Shown: one piece after another, positions 20,310 through 32,332 of the stretch
How the letters are laid out: each line of letters begins with the position of its first letter
How positions within the stretch are numbered: the stretch's first letter is position 1
Program-made: the position numbers and the translations under genes
Assembly (NCBI RefSeq): GCF_004010195.1
Contig: NC_057753.1
Coordinates: 10,185,358-10,223,514, forward strand
Source: Chiloscyllium plagiosum
Taxonomy: Eukaryota
Direction: 5' to 3'
Length of the DNA: 38,157 bases
The notes under the pieces: model-generated
Told to the model about the DNA's origin: nothing
What the model saw: the letters and a program-made list of their open reading frames with translations, nothing else
Database searches by the model: none

Positions 20310-21150
20310 TTGAGTCATACAGCCCGGAAACAGACTCTTCGGTCCAACCAGTCCATGATGCCCCACTAAACTAGTGCCTTCTGCATACTCCGGTATCCAG
20401 TAGTCTGTATCCAGTAGGAATAGTCATAGAGATGCACAGCACAGAAACAGACCCTTCAATCCAACTTGTCCATGCTGACCAGATATTCCCACCTCATCTC
20501 ATCCCATTTGCCAGCACTTGGCTCATATCCCTCTAAACTCTTTCTATACTTACACACATGAAGATGCCATTTACATGTTGACATTGTACCAGCCTCCACT
20601 GCTTTTGCTGGCAGCTCATTCCATACACACACCACCCTCTGCATGAAAAGATTGCTCCTCAGGTCCCTTTTAAAACTTTCTCCTCTCACTTAAAACCTAT
20701 TCCCTCTCGTTCTGGACTCTTTTTTTTCCCCCACCTAAAGTCCTTGACTATTTACCCTATCTATACCCCTCATGGTTTTATAGACTTCTATAAGGCAACT
20801 GACACCCCAGGGTAAACAACCCCAGCCTATTCAGTCTCTCCCTTTCCTTCCAAACCTTCCCTATTCATGTACTTATCTAAATGTCTTTTAAATGTTGTAA
20901 TTGTATCCGTGTCCACCACTTCCTCTTGAAGTTCATTCCACACACGAACCACTCTCTGCATAAAAGATTTGATCCACATGTCTGTTTTTCAATCTCTCTC
21001 ATCTCACTGTAAAAATGTGTCCCCTGGTCTTGAAATCCCCCATCCTCGGGAAGAGACAACTACCATTAACCCTATCTACACCCCTCATGGTTTTATAAAC
21101 ATCGCCTCTCAATCTCCTCTGCTGTAGCGGGAAGGCATCCCAGCCTTCAT
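20310..21150 (-). mobile_element. Stacked CR1/HER1 3' tail fragments
   Basis: Three partial tails ([35 protein letters not shown]). Confidence 0.78.
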
Positions 21151-21635
21151 TCCAATTTGATAATAGTGGCACAGTGAAGATTTTGGCTCTGTGTGTCAAG
21201 GATCTCTCAATTCTAAGCCAACACCGTGCTTCTTAAGTTCACCTGATCTTAAAATGAAAGGCACCCTATTCATTTAAAATGTCTGTTTTCTGTGCAAAGT
21301 CAGTCCTGGTCGGCAAATTGCCAGTGGTGTCTTATATTCCCATAGGCTACTTGTGACTGGGTCATATGCTCTGTTTTGAGATGTATGAGTAAAAATTCAC
21401 AATAAAAGATGAATGGAGCCTTTATTGATGACTCATTATTGAACACACTCTCCATTTACAGATGTGATTGAGAGGCTTCTCCGAATAAATATTTGACTGA
21501 TAATGGAGTTTGTCAGGATTTTGAGAGTCACTGTGGCTCTGTCACAGCACAGGGGCGGGCTCTTTCAGACAGAATACTTCAAGCAGAAAATTCTCCCACA
21601 TCAGCCAAGCAAACTCAACGTGTTTGTAACAAATT

Positions 21636-21955
21636 GTGAAACTTGAAAGGGTTCAAAAAACATTTACAATGATGTTGGAGGGTTAGAGGGAGACGCTGAA
21701 TAGGCTGGAACTATTTTCCCTGGAACGTTGGTGGCTGAGGGCTAACCTCGAGGTTTATAAAATCCAGAGGGGCTTTGATAGCGTAAATAGGCAATTCTCC
21801 TCAAGGTGGGAGAATTTTGAATTAGAAGGCGCAGTTTTAGGGTGAGAGGGGAAAAGTTTAAGAGGGATCTCAAAGTGGTAAGTTTCTCACAGAGGGTAGT
21901 GTGTGTACAGGATGTGTCCAGAGGAAGTGTTGGAAGCTGGTACAATTACAACATT
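21636..21955 (+). mobile_element. CR1/HER1 3' fragment
   Basis: GTGAAACTTGAAAGGGTTCAAAAAACATTTAC..RGEKFKRDL. Confidence 0.75.
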
Positions 21956-21956
21956 A

Positions 21957-22239
21957 AGATTAGATTAGATTACTTACAGTGTGGAAACAGGCCCTTCGGC
22001 CCAACAAGCCCACGCCGAAGCGCAACCCACCCAGACCCATTCTCCTTCATTTACCCCTACACCTAATACTACGGGCAATTTAGCATAGCCAACTCACCTA
22101 ACCTGCACATTTTTTGGATTGTGCGAGGAAACCGGAGCACCCGGAGGAAACCCACGCAGACACTGGGAGAATGTGCAAACTCCACACAGAACCTGGGTCT
22201 CTGGCGCTCTGAGGCAACAGTGCTAACCACTGTGCCACC
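21957..22239 (-). mobile_element. HE1-type SINE with (TAATC)n tail
   Basis: GGTGGCACAGTGGTTAGCACTGTTGCCTCA head; AGATTAGATTAGATTAC on the + strand. Confidence 0.88.
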
Positions 22240-22414
22240 TTTGATGCGGTGCATCTCTCCGCACACAAAGAAACTGTCAGTGACATTGCCTCAACCTAAC
22301 TCTGAGACTCATTGTGGTAATTTTTGTACCGCAAGAAGACAGACCCTCAGAGGAAAGGGGCGGAGACACCTCTCCACCAATCACCAAACCTACTGTCGGT
22401 GTGGCCTAATTGGA

Positions 22415-22771
22415 GAGCTAAAAATCACACAACAGCAGGTTATAATCCAACAGGTTTAATTGGAAGCACACTAGCTTTCGGAGCAACGGTCCTTCATCAG
22501 GTGATTGTGGAGGGCTCGATCGTAACCAGGCATGGTACATTGGGGAAACCGAGCAAAGGCTACGACAACGGATGAATGGGCACCGCACAACAATCAACAG
22601 ACAGCAGGGTTCCCTCCCAGTTGGGGAACACTTCAGTGGTCCAGGACATTTGACCTCGAACCTTCGGGTGACCATCCTCCAAGGTGGACTTCGGGACAGG
22701 CAGCAGAGGAAAGTGGCCGAACAGAGGCTGATAACTAAGTTCGGTACCCATAGGGAGGGCCTCAACCAGGA
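22415..22771 (+). mobile_element. Penelope-like element (family B): inverted pLTR joined to the C-terminal part of the GIY-YIG endonuclease; runs into the gap
   Basis: YIGETEQRLRQRMNGHR..VGEHFS..EQRLITKFGT..GLN in frame from 22536. Segment 22415-22505 matches the arms of 9938-10147. Confidence 0.85.
22469..22503 (-). ncRNA. Minimal type I hammerhead ribozyme motif
   Basis: CAC-CUGAUGA-A-GGACC-GUU-GCUCC-GAAA-G-CUA-GUG. Core intact, with one C-C mismatch in stem II. Confidence 0.68.
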
Positions 22772-23070
22772 NNNNNNNNNNNNNNNNNNNNNNNNNNNNN
22801 NNNNNNNNNNNNNNNNNNNNNNNNNNNNNNNNNNNNNNNNNNNNNNNNNNNNNNNNNNNNNNNNNNNNNNNNNNNNNNNNNNNNNNNNNNNNNNNNNNNN
22901 NNNNNNNNNNNNNNNNNNNNNNNNNNNNNNNNNNNNNNNNNNNNNNNNNNNNNNNNNNNNNNNNNNNNNNNNNNNNNNNNNNNNNNNNNNNNNNNNNNNN
23001 NNNNNNNNNNNNNNNNNNNNNNNNNNNNNNNNNNNNNNNNNNNNNNNNNNNNNNNNNNNNNNNNNNNNNN
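22772..23070. other. Assembly gap (299 N)
   Basis: Run of N. Confidence 1.
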
Positions 23071-23149
23071 TGCCCTCTAGTTTGGGATTCCCCCTCCCCT
23101 GCGGGAGAGACAGGCAAAAGGAATGAGATGTGCAGTCACAGGGGAAAAA

Positions 23150-23720
23150 AATTGTGGCTCCCGCCTTTTTGATCCCAAATTGGCAATTGGACACAATCTC
23201 TGTCAGTAACAACCGGCGCCGGTCGCCATTGGTCAGGTGGAGTAAGGTGCGCTCTGATTGGAGGAGGCGCGGATGACGCGCGTCACTGAAGGAGGAGACG
23301 GAAAGAAGAAGAAAAACAAAGATGGCGGCGCGAGGCTGCGGTTTTCTCATCGACTCAGCGGGCGGTTTCTGACGGAGGGAGGGGGCAGACAGGCATCGTT
23401 TACCTCAGAAAATACTTTTAAAATACATTTCAAATTAAAGTCGGACCTTTTCAAACAAAAGTTGTGAAGAAAAGGAGGCAGTCCCCGGTGGGGTTTATTG
23501 TTTATTTTTGTATAATTCCCGGGGCCCGGGAAGTGGGAGGTGACGGTTACCGGGTGAACGAGAAAACACATTAAAAATGTCGGCGTTGGAGGAGAGAGAG
23601 CCGGCGCCCGCGGCTTCTTCGGCGGTGTCTGGAGCCCAGGAGCTCAACAACCCCCCGGAGCTGGAGGAAGGTCCGAGCTCCAAGAAGCGGGGGGTCCGGC
23701 TGGAGGCTGGATTTGCTCAA
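23150..23720 (+). promoter_or_regulatory. CpG-island-like promoter with candidate first exon of an unidentified gene
   Basis: High CpG density. Four ATTGG boxes (about 23179-23261), palindrome TGACGCGCGTCA 23274-23285, YY1 AAGATGGCGGC 23319-23329. ORF from 23577 MSALEEREP..GPSSKKR. Confidence 0.65.
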
Positions 23721-24261
23721 GGCTTGTATCTATTAACTTATTTAAATGGTACCTACTGTATGGGGCTATGGTTTACATTAAAACCGGAGGATCATGTCAG
23801 AGTGTTTGTTTATATTGAGCAGGTGTAGTTGGTAAAATACACTCCGTGGAGGAGCACCTTCTATGATGCTGCATTTCTTGCCTTCTGCCCTTCCCCTATT
23901 TGTTATCTCCCAAATTTAATTTCATATTAATGAGACTTGGTATTCACTGAGTGCTATTAATTTGTTTGTTGGATTATTGTAAGACAAAAATAATGGTGTA
24001 ATTTCATTTCTGATGTCAGAGTTTGACATTGAGTGTGCTGGTGTGAATACCAGTTAGGTTGTGAAAATAAGTCAAGAACTTGTAGTTTTTAATAAAAAGA
24101 GCAGTTCACCACTATCAATGGCATTGTCTCATTTGAAGGTGATGAGTTAAGCCTGACCAACAAACTGTTTCATGCAGTCACCCAATTTAATTAAAATTTT
24201 CTTTAACTTATTTAAAGAAAATAACTCTGGCAGGTGAAGATTTATACAATTTGTTTATAAG

Positions 24262-24806
24262 ATTTATTTATATGTTCACTGCTCTCTATGTGGTCTCTGC
24301 CACATTGGGGAGACTGGATACCATCTTGCAGAACAGTTCAGGGAACAGCTCTGGGACACCAAAACTAAACAACCCCACTGCCCTGTGACTGAACACTTTA
24401 ACTCCCACTCTGTCAAGGACATGCAAGTCCTGGGCCGCCTCCCCCTCCAACTCTAGCTATCTGACGCTTGTAGGAAGAACACTTCATCTTCCACCTTGGG
24501 ACCAACCAACTTCATGGGATCAATGTAGATTTCACCAGTTTCCTTATTTCCTCCCACTCCCACACCACACACCTTGTCCCAGATCCAACCTTCTAATTCT
24601 GCATCGGCCTCTTGAGCTGTCCTACCTGTCCATCTTGCTTACCTATCCATCTTGCTTCCCACCTATTCGCTCCACCCTCCTGTCTTACCTATCATGATCA
24701 AGTCCCACCTCCATCTACCTATTTCATTCACACCTGTCCCCCCATCCCCAATTATCTCTCAGCCCCCTTGGACCACCCCTCATTTCTGATGAAGAACTTA
24801 TGCTCT
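24262..24806 (+). mobile_element. Degenerate Penelope 3' fragment (GIY-YIG, 3' UTR, hammerhead relic)
   Basis: Reads CSLCGLCHIGETG..AEQFREQL..VTEHFN. Similar to 32812-33391 and ends CTGATGAAG at 24786. Confidence 0.75.
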
Positions 24807-25474
24807 AACCAAGACTGTGATGAAGCAACGTCCTCAACAAATAAGAAAGAGCTCCCAATTCAGATTTATTTCCCCATACTTTTAGAAATAAGAAATGTGT
24901 TTTTCTTCCACTTTGCGCTGTCTGAAGTGTTATGCCACACCACTTCTTTGCCCACCTTTTAAGAATCCTTTCAACTTGTTTTTCTGACAATGGTGGTGGT
25001 GACCAATAGCAATCGTTTCACTCCTCCTCAATGCCCCATTTCTCCTCTTATGAACCACTTTGACATGTTGTCTGAGTGTACTTGGTTTTCAAAATGCAGT
25101 TTGGCCATTGAAGTGAACAGGGTTAATCTTTATCGATCGCTAGCTGTGTTTACACAAACTGTAATTATCCACCGATTTGCTGTCTTTTATTCCACCAAAG
25201 CTGGAAACAATGATCTGTATTTATATTGCACTCAGGTGTAGAAAATCATCCCAAGGATTATCACATTATTATAGTTGACTGAAGCCATAACAGGAGGCAT
25301 TGCGTGGCAATTTGAGGCTAAAAACTTGGCTGGAAAGAATGTAGATTGATGAGAGAAGTCAAAAGACAGACTGTGGCCAGAGATTCTATCAGTCTGGCTT
25401 GATTAAGTGGTGGATCTTCAAAAGCATCTTCCAAGCCATCACCTCAACCACCAAGAGCAGGTAAGTGTGAACAT

Positions 25475-25703
25475 TGCATTCCTTTGCTTCTTTGCGTGGG
25501 TTTCCTCCGGGTGCTCCGGTTTCCTCCCACAGTCCAAAAATGTGCAGGTTAGGTGAATTGGCCAAGTTAAATTGCCCGTAGTGCTAGGTGAAGGGGTAAA
25601 TGTAGGGGAATGGGTCTGGGTGGGTTGCACTTCGGCAGGTCGGTGTGGACTTGTTGGACCGAAGGGCCTGTTTCCATACTGTAAGTAATCTAATCTAATC
25701 TAA
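25475..25703 (+). mobile_element. 5'-truncated HE1-type SINE
   Basis: GCGTGGGTTTCCTCCGGGTGCTCCGGTTTCC body and TAATCTAATCTAATCT tail. Confidence 0.85.
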
Positions 25704-25854
25704 AAGTCCTGGAATTTGCTACTGAACATTATTGTAGACCGCATCATATTTGTGTAGCAATTTGAGGCAGCTCAGCACCACTTTTTCAAGGACTGTTAGG
25801 GAAGAGTTGTTAGCAGAGCCATTGATATTCACATTTCATGAAATAATAAGCAAA

Positions 25855-26925
25855 GAGGATTGGCTAACCAATGATACAATTGGGATAAGTGGCATGTTTA
25901 GGATGGCAAATTGTAACTAGTAGTGTGCCACAAGGATCAGTGCTGGGGCCAAAATTATTTACAAAATATATATGAATTCCTTGGATAAGTAAAGTGAATA
26001 TACTATTGCCAAGATTGCAGAAGAGATGGTTGATGGGAAGGCAGGTGGTGAAGATGACGTGAAATATCTGCTGAGGGAAATAAACAGATTAAGCAAATGA
26101 ACAAAGCCCTGGCAGATAGAACAGAATGTGGGGAAATGAGGTTGTGCACTTTGGCAGGAGGAAAAGTGTTGAATGTTAAATGGAGAAAGCTGTTGAATAG
26201 AGGGATTTGGAAGCTCACCTCAGCCATGATTGAATGGCGGAGTGGACTTGATGGGCCGAATGGCCTTACTTCCACTCCTATGTCTTATGGTCTTATGCAT
26301 CTCTTCATCCAAGTTCAGTGAGTAATAGGGAAGGTAAATGGGAGGTTTTACTTAAATAGAGTATAAAAGTAGGGAGGTTATAGTGAACCTATGTCAGGCA
26401 CCAGTCAGGCCACAACTGAACACTGGGAACAGTTTAGGGCCCTTTAAGGAAAGATATACTGGCATTGGAGGCAGTCCAGAGAAGGTTTACCAGGATGATA
26501 TCAGGGATGGAAAGAATATCATATGAAGAGAAGTGAATAGGTTGGGCCTGTACTTATTAGAAGTTAGAAGATTTAGAGGTAACCTTATTTTCACATAAAA
26601 GATTCTGAGGAGGCTTGACGGGCGTGATGTGGAAAAGTTTACCTTTGTGGGTGAGTCTAGCACCAGAGGGAATAACTTGCAAATGAGGGATTGCATGTTG
26701 AAGACAGATAGGAATTTTTACTGAAGGCAGTTAGTCTGTGGAACATGTTACTACAGAGTGATGTTGAACCTGGGTCGTTAAGTGCATTCAAGGCTGACAG
26801 ATTTTTTTTCAACCAGTGAGGGAATTGAGGATTATGGGACAATGGCAGGGAAGTGGAGTTGATGTTTACCAGAGCAAGCACGATCTGAATAAATGGCAGA
26901 GTTGATTCAATGGGCTGAATTGAAT
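25855..26925 (+). mobile_element. Old CR1 RT and 3' fragment with nested tail
   Basis: GTGCCACAAGGATCAGTGCTGGGGCC (VPQGSVLGP), LEAVQRRFTRMI, CR1 tail. Confidence 0.75.
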
Positions 26926-27114
26926 ATTGAATAGTAAATAATAAAGGGGAAAAGGACACAACAGGCAACTACAGGCAGTGTTGGAAAGTTGGAGATTGTA
27001 CAGAGTTGGTGGCGTTTTGGCATTGTTACTGGATTTTAAAATCAATTAATATATCTGGAATATAAAGCTTATCACTGCTTTGGTGATCTTAGCAATTGAT
27101 ATAAGGACCTTTCT

Positions 27115-28752
27115 TGAAAAATGTTGTGCTGGAAAAACACAGCTGACCAGGCAGCATCAGAGGAGCAGGAGAATCGACATTTTGGGTATAAGCCCTTCTT
27201 AGGAATCTTTTAACGGGTGGTGCGGGGTTGTGGGACTATGAGGTTGGAGGCAGTGGATGGGAGATCCCCTGAGGTGATGAGGTTATGGATGGTCTGGGAG
27301 ATGATGGTTTGGTGGGAGGTGGGGTCATGGTCAAGGGGGCAGTAGGAGGAGGTGTCCGCGAGTTGGCGTCTAGCTTCAGCGGTGTAAAGATCGGTGCGCC
27401 AAACTACCACTGCACCTCCCTTGTCTGCCAGTTTGATGGTGAGGTTGGGGTTGGAGCAGAGGGAGTGGAGGGCTGCGTGTTGTGAGGGTGAGAGTTTGGA
27501 GTGGGTGAGAGGGGTGCACAGGTTGAGGCGGTCAATGTCGCGGCGACAGTTGAATATGAAGAGATTGAGGGCGGGTAAGAGGCCAGCACGGGGCGTCCAG
27601 GTGGATGGGGTGTGTTGGAGGCGGGAGAAGGGGTCGTCAGAGGGTGGGCAGGAGTCCTGGTTGAAGAAATAGGCGCGGAGGTGAAGGCAGCGGAAGAAAT
27701 GCTCTGTCTAGCCGCGTGTCGAACTCATTGATCTGGGAGCATAGGGGGATGAAGGTGAGGCCTCTGCTGAGGACTGATCATTCATCCTTAGAGAGGGGGA
27801 GGTCTGGAGGGATGGTGAAAACACGGCAGGGCTGGGAGTTAGTCGTGGGGGCGGCGTGGCGTACAGCGTGGTCCTTGAGCAGGTGAGTGACGTCACTGGG
27901 GGCGGAAGTTGCTGCGGCAACAGCAACTCCGGGGGCAGAAGTGGCACATCGGGCAGAAACGGCGCTGGTCCTGGTGGCCGTGTATCTGTTGGCAATGGTC
28001 TTCCTGGCGATCGTGGAGGCTGCATGGTCGGTGGTGGCTGTTGTCTGTGCGGCACTGGGGGCGGAAGTGATGTCACCGTTTGCCGCGGCGATGGTGGCTG
28101 CAACGGCCAAGTGGGCAATGGCGCCTGAGCGGCTCCGGAGGTCGCGAGAAGGTTCAGGAACGGTCGAGGAATTCGGAGTGTGGGGGTGAGTACGTGAAAG
28201 TGTTTTGTACTTACTTTCTTTGATGTTTGATATGGCTCGGAAAAAGCATTTGTTCAGTGTATGAATTCTTCTGAGGTTGAAGAACAGCAGAGGTCCTTTG
28301 CAGGTCTGGGAGGCTGTTGTCCTGAGCTTGGGCAGGGCTGACTGCAGGGAGTGTAGGTGGCGGCGCATGGCTGTGAGCGTGGAACGGAGGATCCGGAGGG
28401 AGGTCTGTTGCTGGAGGCTTCGGGTTTGTTGCAGGTACTGGTTGTCCTGGTTGAGTCCAAATTGTGTTGGTCTGAACGTAGTCCGGAGTCCATGCGGGGT
28501 CAGTCGGTTCCGTAGGCAGGTGCTGAGGAAAGAGTTGTGGCTGTAGTAGCAAGTTTGTTTCAGGATGTGTCTGAAAGAGCTTCAGGGCAGAGGAGATTGG
28601 GGGTGCAGTGAGGGAGAGACTCAGAGAGATCATTGTAGAGGGATGAGGAGAGCTTCTTCAAGGTAGGCATCCTTGCAAGAGGATTCGCAGTAGGTTAAAA
28701 TCAACTAGGAGAAAGTGAGGATTGCAGATGCTGGAGACCAGAGTTGACAATG
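27115..28752 (-). mobile_element. Penelope-like retroelement (family A), internally deleted: pLTR part, 5' 1.5 kb of ORF, pLTR part
   Basis: ATG at 28670 after acceptor-like CACTTTCTCCTAG (28705). Motifs HNSFLSTCL..PHGL, PLSKDE.SVLSRGLTFIP, ADKGGAVVVW..Y..EARRQLAD..Y..LDHDP. Family A pLTR sequence at both ends. Confidence 0.88.
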
Positions 28753-29289
28753 CGCAACAGAACCAGAACTTTATTGGGATCAAAGACATTTAAATGACAG
28801 GAGACATTGTCCCTGAAACGATCCGAATGTGAGCTGCAAGATTTTCACACACTAATCGGTTTCTCTGGGGATGCAGTGTCTGCCTCACTGCAGCCTGGTC
28901 AGTTCCTCTGCTCCCGTTCAGAGCTGAGTTGTGGGTGACCACATGCTTACCTGGGGTCAAGATGTAAGAGGGTAACGGTGAACTTGGATTGAGGGCATCC
29001 TGTGTCATGTCAGTGAGGTCAAGGGTCGCTGCTTTACTCAACTTATAATCGGGGTCAAGGGAATATTGGGCTGGGCTTGTATCAGTTTGAGCTTCAAAGA
29101 ATTAAATGATCTGATGGAGATGTATGACATTCTGAGAGGACTTAACAATGTGAATGTATGAATCCCTTTGTGCCAGAGACTAGAAATGAGTGGACACAGT
29201 TAACAAATAAGTGGCCCCTCATTTAAGATGGGAAAGTTTTGCTTTTCTCTCAAAGGTTCCCGAATCTTTGAAATTCACTCCCTCATAGA

Positions 29290-29520
29290 GCAGCACAGGG
29301 TGGTGGCCCAGGTTTGATTCCACCCTCAGCCAATTGTTTGCATGGTGTTTGCACATTCTCCCCGTGTCTGTGTGGGTTTCCTCCTACAGTCCAAATGATG
29401 TGCGGATTAGGGTGGATTGGCCATGGGAAATGCAGGGTTACAAGGATAGGGTAGCTGGATAGGATAGTTAGTGTCAACTTGATGGGCTGAATGGCCTGCT
29501 TGCATGCTGTAGGGATTCTA
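29290..29520 (+). mobile_element. HE1-type SINE (paralogous to 35270-35566)
   Basis: B box GGTTTGATTCC, HE1 body, tail GTAGGGATTCTA. Confidence 0.75.
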
Positions 29521-29578
29521 GAACTGCCTGGAGCGTGTAACTTACCAGATGATACGTGGACACTTTTCGTACACTGCT

Positions 29579-29584
29579 TTTATT
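29579..29584 (-). terminator. Candidate polyadenylation signal of ZNF copy 4 (paralogue at 35620-35625)
   Basis: CTTGAATAAAAGCAGTGT is conserved on the minus strand in both duplicated units. Confidence 0.45.
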
Positions 29585-29788
29585 CAAGCCTGCAGAGCCA
29601 CTTCGGCAATAAACCCCCCTAAATGATCAAGGTAATCTGTTTGATATACCGTTTTTTTATTTTAAGAGCAGCTTATGTATACCAATCAACAGTATACACT
29701 TGTCTTTGGGATATCGACATCCAATTATGATTAGTAGTTCTGATTACTTTATTTGTCTTACCTAATTGTATTTAACTAACTACAGCAT

Positions 29789-30118
29789 AGTCATAGAGAT
29801 GTACAGCATGGAAACAGACCCTTCGGTCCAACCCGTCCATGCCGACCAGATATCCCAACCCAATCTCGTCCCACCTGCCAGTACCTGGCCCATATCCCTC
29901 CAACCCCTTCCTATTCATATACCCATCCAAATGCCTCTTAAATGTTGCAATTGTACCAGCCTCTGGCAGCTCATTCCATACACATACCACCCTCTGTGTG
30001 AAAAAGTTGCCCCTTACGTCTCTTTTATATATTTTCCCTCTTACCCTAAACCTCTAGTTCTGGACTCCCCAACCCCAGGAAAAAGACTTTGCCTCTTTAC
30101 CCTATCCATGCCCCTCAT
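29789..30118 (-). mobile_element. Young CR1/HER1 3' tail, absent from the paralogous site at about 35835
   Basis: Near-identical to 18490-18790. The flanks AACTACAGCAT and TTGCCTAATTACAAT are nearly adjacent in the copy 5 unit. Confidence 0.85.
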
Positions 30119-31052
30119 TGTTGCCTAATTACAATTTCTAATGTCTATAGAGTACAATTTTTTTGTCATGACTGTTCTCTTGAACACTGACTTGTGATCT
30201 CTGCATTGTTGTCAAAGTTCCTTGTTTGTCCCTACATTGTCAAGGTTTTACTTTGTCGAATGTCTTCCTGGCATTTTGCAGTTAGCATCCTATATTCTGC
30301 TCTTGTCAACATTTTCCCTTCCAAGTCTGTGCTGAGGATTTAATGAGAAACTTCGAGTGTGGTGAGACTGTGGAACTCACTACCACAGTGAGTAGTTCGG
30401 GTGAAAGCAAGGGTAAGCAAGCCCATACAAACGATTGTCATTATCACCAGATTCACAGCACAGTGAAATTAAAACACGCAATGTCCCTCAGAATTTCACA
30501 ACTCTTCCTAGTCAGACTTGAAGAACAGATCTTGCACACCAAAAATTATAATTTAAACAAAAATTAACAATTATAAATGCTGCAACTTTACTCAGGCAAA
30601 ATTAAACAAGATAATCTAATTAATAGCAATGATTTAAGCTCTTTGATCATGCCCCCACCATCTCACAGACAGAGACTTAAGGGGCAAATTAAAAAAGAAA
30701 ATAAAGAAATGACCAATTCAACCAGTTTCCAACAATCGATTTCCAAGCTTTTGTGCAATTCTTGGACGATGAGTCGTTCACACGCATATAACCGTATATC
30801 TAATTTCAAAGTCACTGCCGAATGCGAATGGTTGTCCCGATGCACTCAGCGACTTCTTACAGACTGCAACTCATTCCCAGAAAGAGCCAACAGTTCTTTA
30901 ACTGGACAGAAAAAACTAGAGAGTAGCAGCTTCTGGGCTCAACATGCTGCAGCTCCCACTGGAAGGAAAGTTGGATGGAGGGAAGTCCAACAGAAAACAA
31001 AAATAGCTCACCGACTCTCCCATTGCACCCACTGCCAGAACGGGCGGGAGTT

Positions 31053-31501
31053 TCAGTCCTGGGGGTGACCCACAACAGCATCACCGGTGTAATCCGATTG
31101 GTTGGAAGCACTAGTGCCCCCGCAAGTTGCGGGACAACAAAAACCTTCACCCGCACTAGGGGCTGGCAAATGGCCTCTCAACAGTGTGGATCCGCCAGTG
31201 CCTCAGGAGATGGGAAGAATTGCTGAAGGCCTTCCTGCACTCGGGGCAGGGGAAGGGCTTCTCCCCAGTGTGGATCCGCCAGTGCCTCAGGAGATGGGAA
31301 GAATTGCTGAAGGCCTTCCTGCACTCTGGGCAGGTGAACGGTCTCTCACTAGTGTGAACCCGCTGGTGCCTCTGCAGTACATAGGAATTGCTGAAGTTCT
31401 TCCCACACTCAGGGCAGGAAAACGGCCTCTCCGGTGTGACTGCGCCGATGAGTCTCCAGGTTAGGCGGGACATGGAAGCGGGATTCCTCGGGTTTCTTCA
31501 T
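31053..31501 (-). pseudogene. C2H2 zinc-finger pseudogene, copy 4 (about 5 fingers)
   Basis: MKKPEESR followed by deletion of the first CxxC, a frameshift near 31430, an in-frame stop at 31156, and terminal HPQD-stop at 31053. Confidence 0.9.
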
Positions 31502-31742
31502 GGCCGAAGCTTCAGCTGCACACAAATGTGTGTGCAGCCGCTGCCGTGAATTCCTCTTTCCAGGCCGTATAACTGTTAAAGGCTTCACACTCGGGGCGCT
31601 GCAAAGATAGGGTGTCATCTTGTCCCACTGATGCTGAAAATGTACTGAAACAGGGACCAAAAAGCTTGGCTCCTTCACACAGAATCATAGTCGAAAATTG
31701 TTGCGGTCCAGATGGGTTGATTGACCGTCAGACATTGACATG

Positions 31743-31857
31743 AAAGTGAGGACTGCAGACGCTGGAGAGTCAGAGTCAAAAGGTGCGACGCTGGAAAAGC
31801 ACAGTGGGTCAGGCAGCATCCGAGGAGCAGGAGAGTTTTGGGCATTAGCCCTTCATC
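31743..31857 (-). mobile_element. Penelope pLTR fragment in the predicted 5' UTR of ZNF copy 4
   Basis: Same junctions as 1816-1934 and 16831-16950. Acceptor CTTTGTACAG at 31899-31898. Confidence 0.82.
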
Positions 31858-32332
31858 TGTTGATTTTGAAACTTCTGTCTTCAGATCTTCAAATACTCTG
31901 TACAAAGAGATTACAAAAGTCATCAGGGTCAATCCAGGGCAGAAATTCTATTTTCTGCAGAACTTTTTTTTTTGCTTTTGCACAAAAGAAAGCACCATCC
32001 TACACTCCCCTGACTGTGATACTTCAGGATCTTCCAGGAACAGAAAAGCCAAACGTCAAGACTGACATCTCTTTGAATTTTGGATAATTCCACCTGAGAG
32101 TTAATATCTTTCACGACATTGGAATAATGCTGAGAGTGAGCAGGTCTGATTTTGTGAAGCAAAAACAAAGTGTGTTAGTTCAGGATGAACCTACAATGCA
32201 GCTTCTTGAGAAATAACCAGACACAAAATGGTTAATGTCTGGGGTGCAGGATGTGTGTGGTGGAGATGAGACATAAAGGCATTTACACCAATACCAGAGA
32301 GAAACGGAATATACAGATATAGCAAGTTGGAG

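Larger units (their letters stand above)
28984..31760. repeat. Segmental duplication unit (ZNF copy 4 plus 3' flank), direct paralogue of 34967-37151
   Basis: Collinear unique sequence starting TTGGATTGAG(G/A)GCATCCTGTGTCATG, with a shared CR1 relic, shared SINE, shared polyA region and ZNF exon. Confidence 0.88.

Noticed and set aside
22418..23350. Long ORFs of 310, 185 and 184 aa
   Set aside because: They stay open only because they cross the 299-N gap. Only the GIY-YIG part (22536-22771) is meaningful.
24810..25240. Unique segment with short ORFs, possibly a downstream exon or DNA transposon relic
   Set aside because: No motif, terminal repeat or consistent splice sites that I could support.
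27708..28189. Gly-rich, Pro-rich and Ala/Val-rich ORFs
   Set aside because: Alternative and antisense frames of the low-complexity linker in the Penelope ORF.
30577..31068. 163-aa ORF on the + strand
   Set aside because: Antisense to the 3' UTR of ZNF copy 4, no recognisable domain, and most of its sequence is absent from the paralogous unit.
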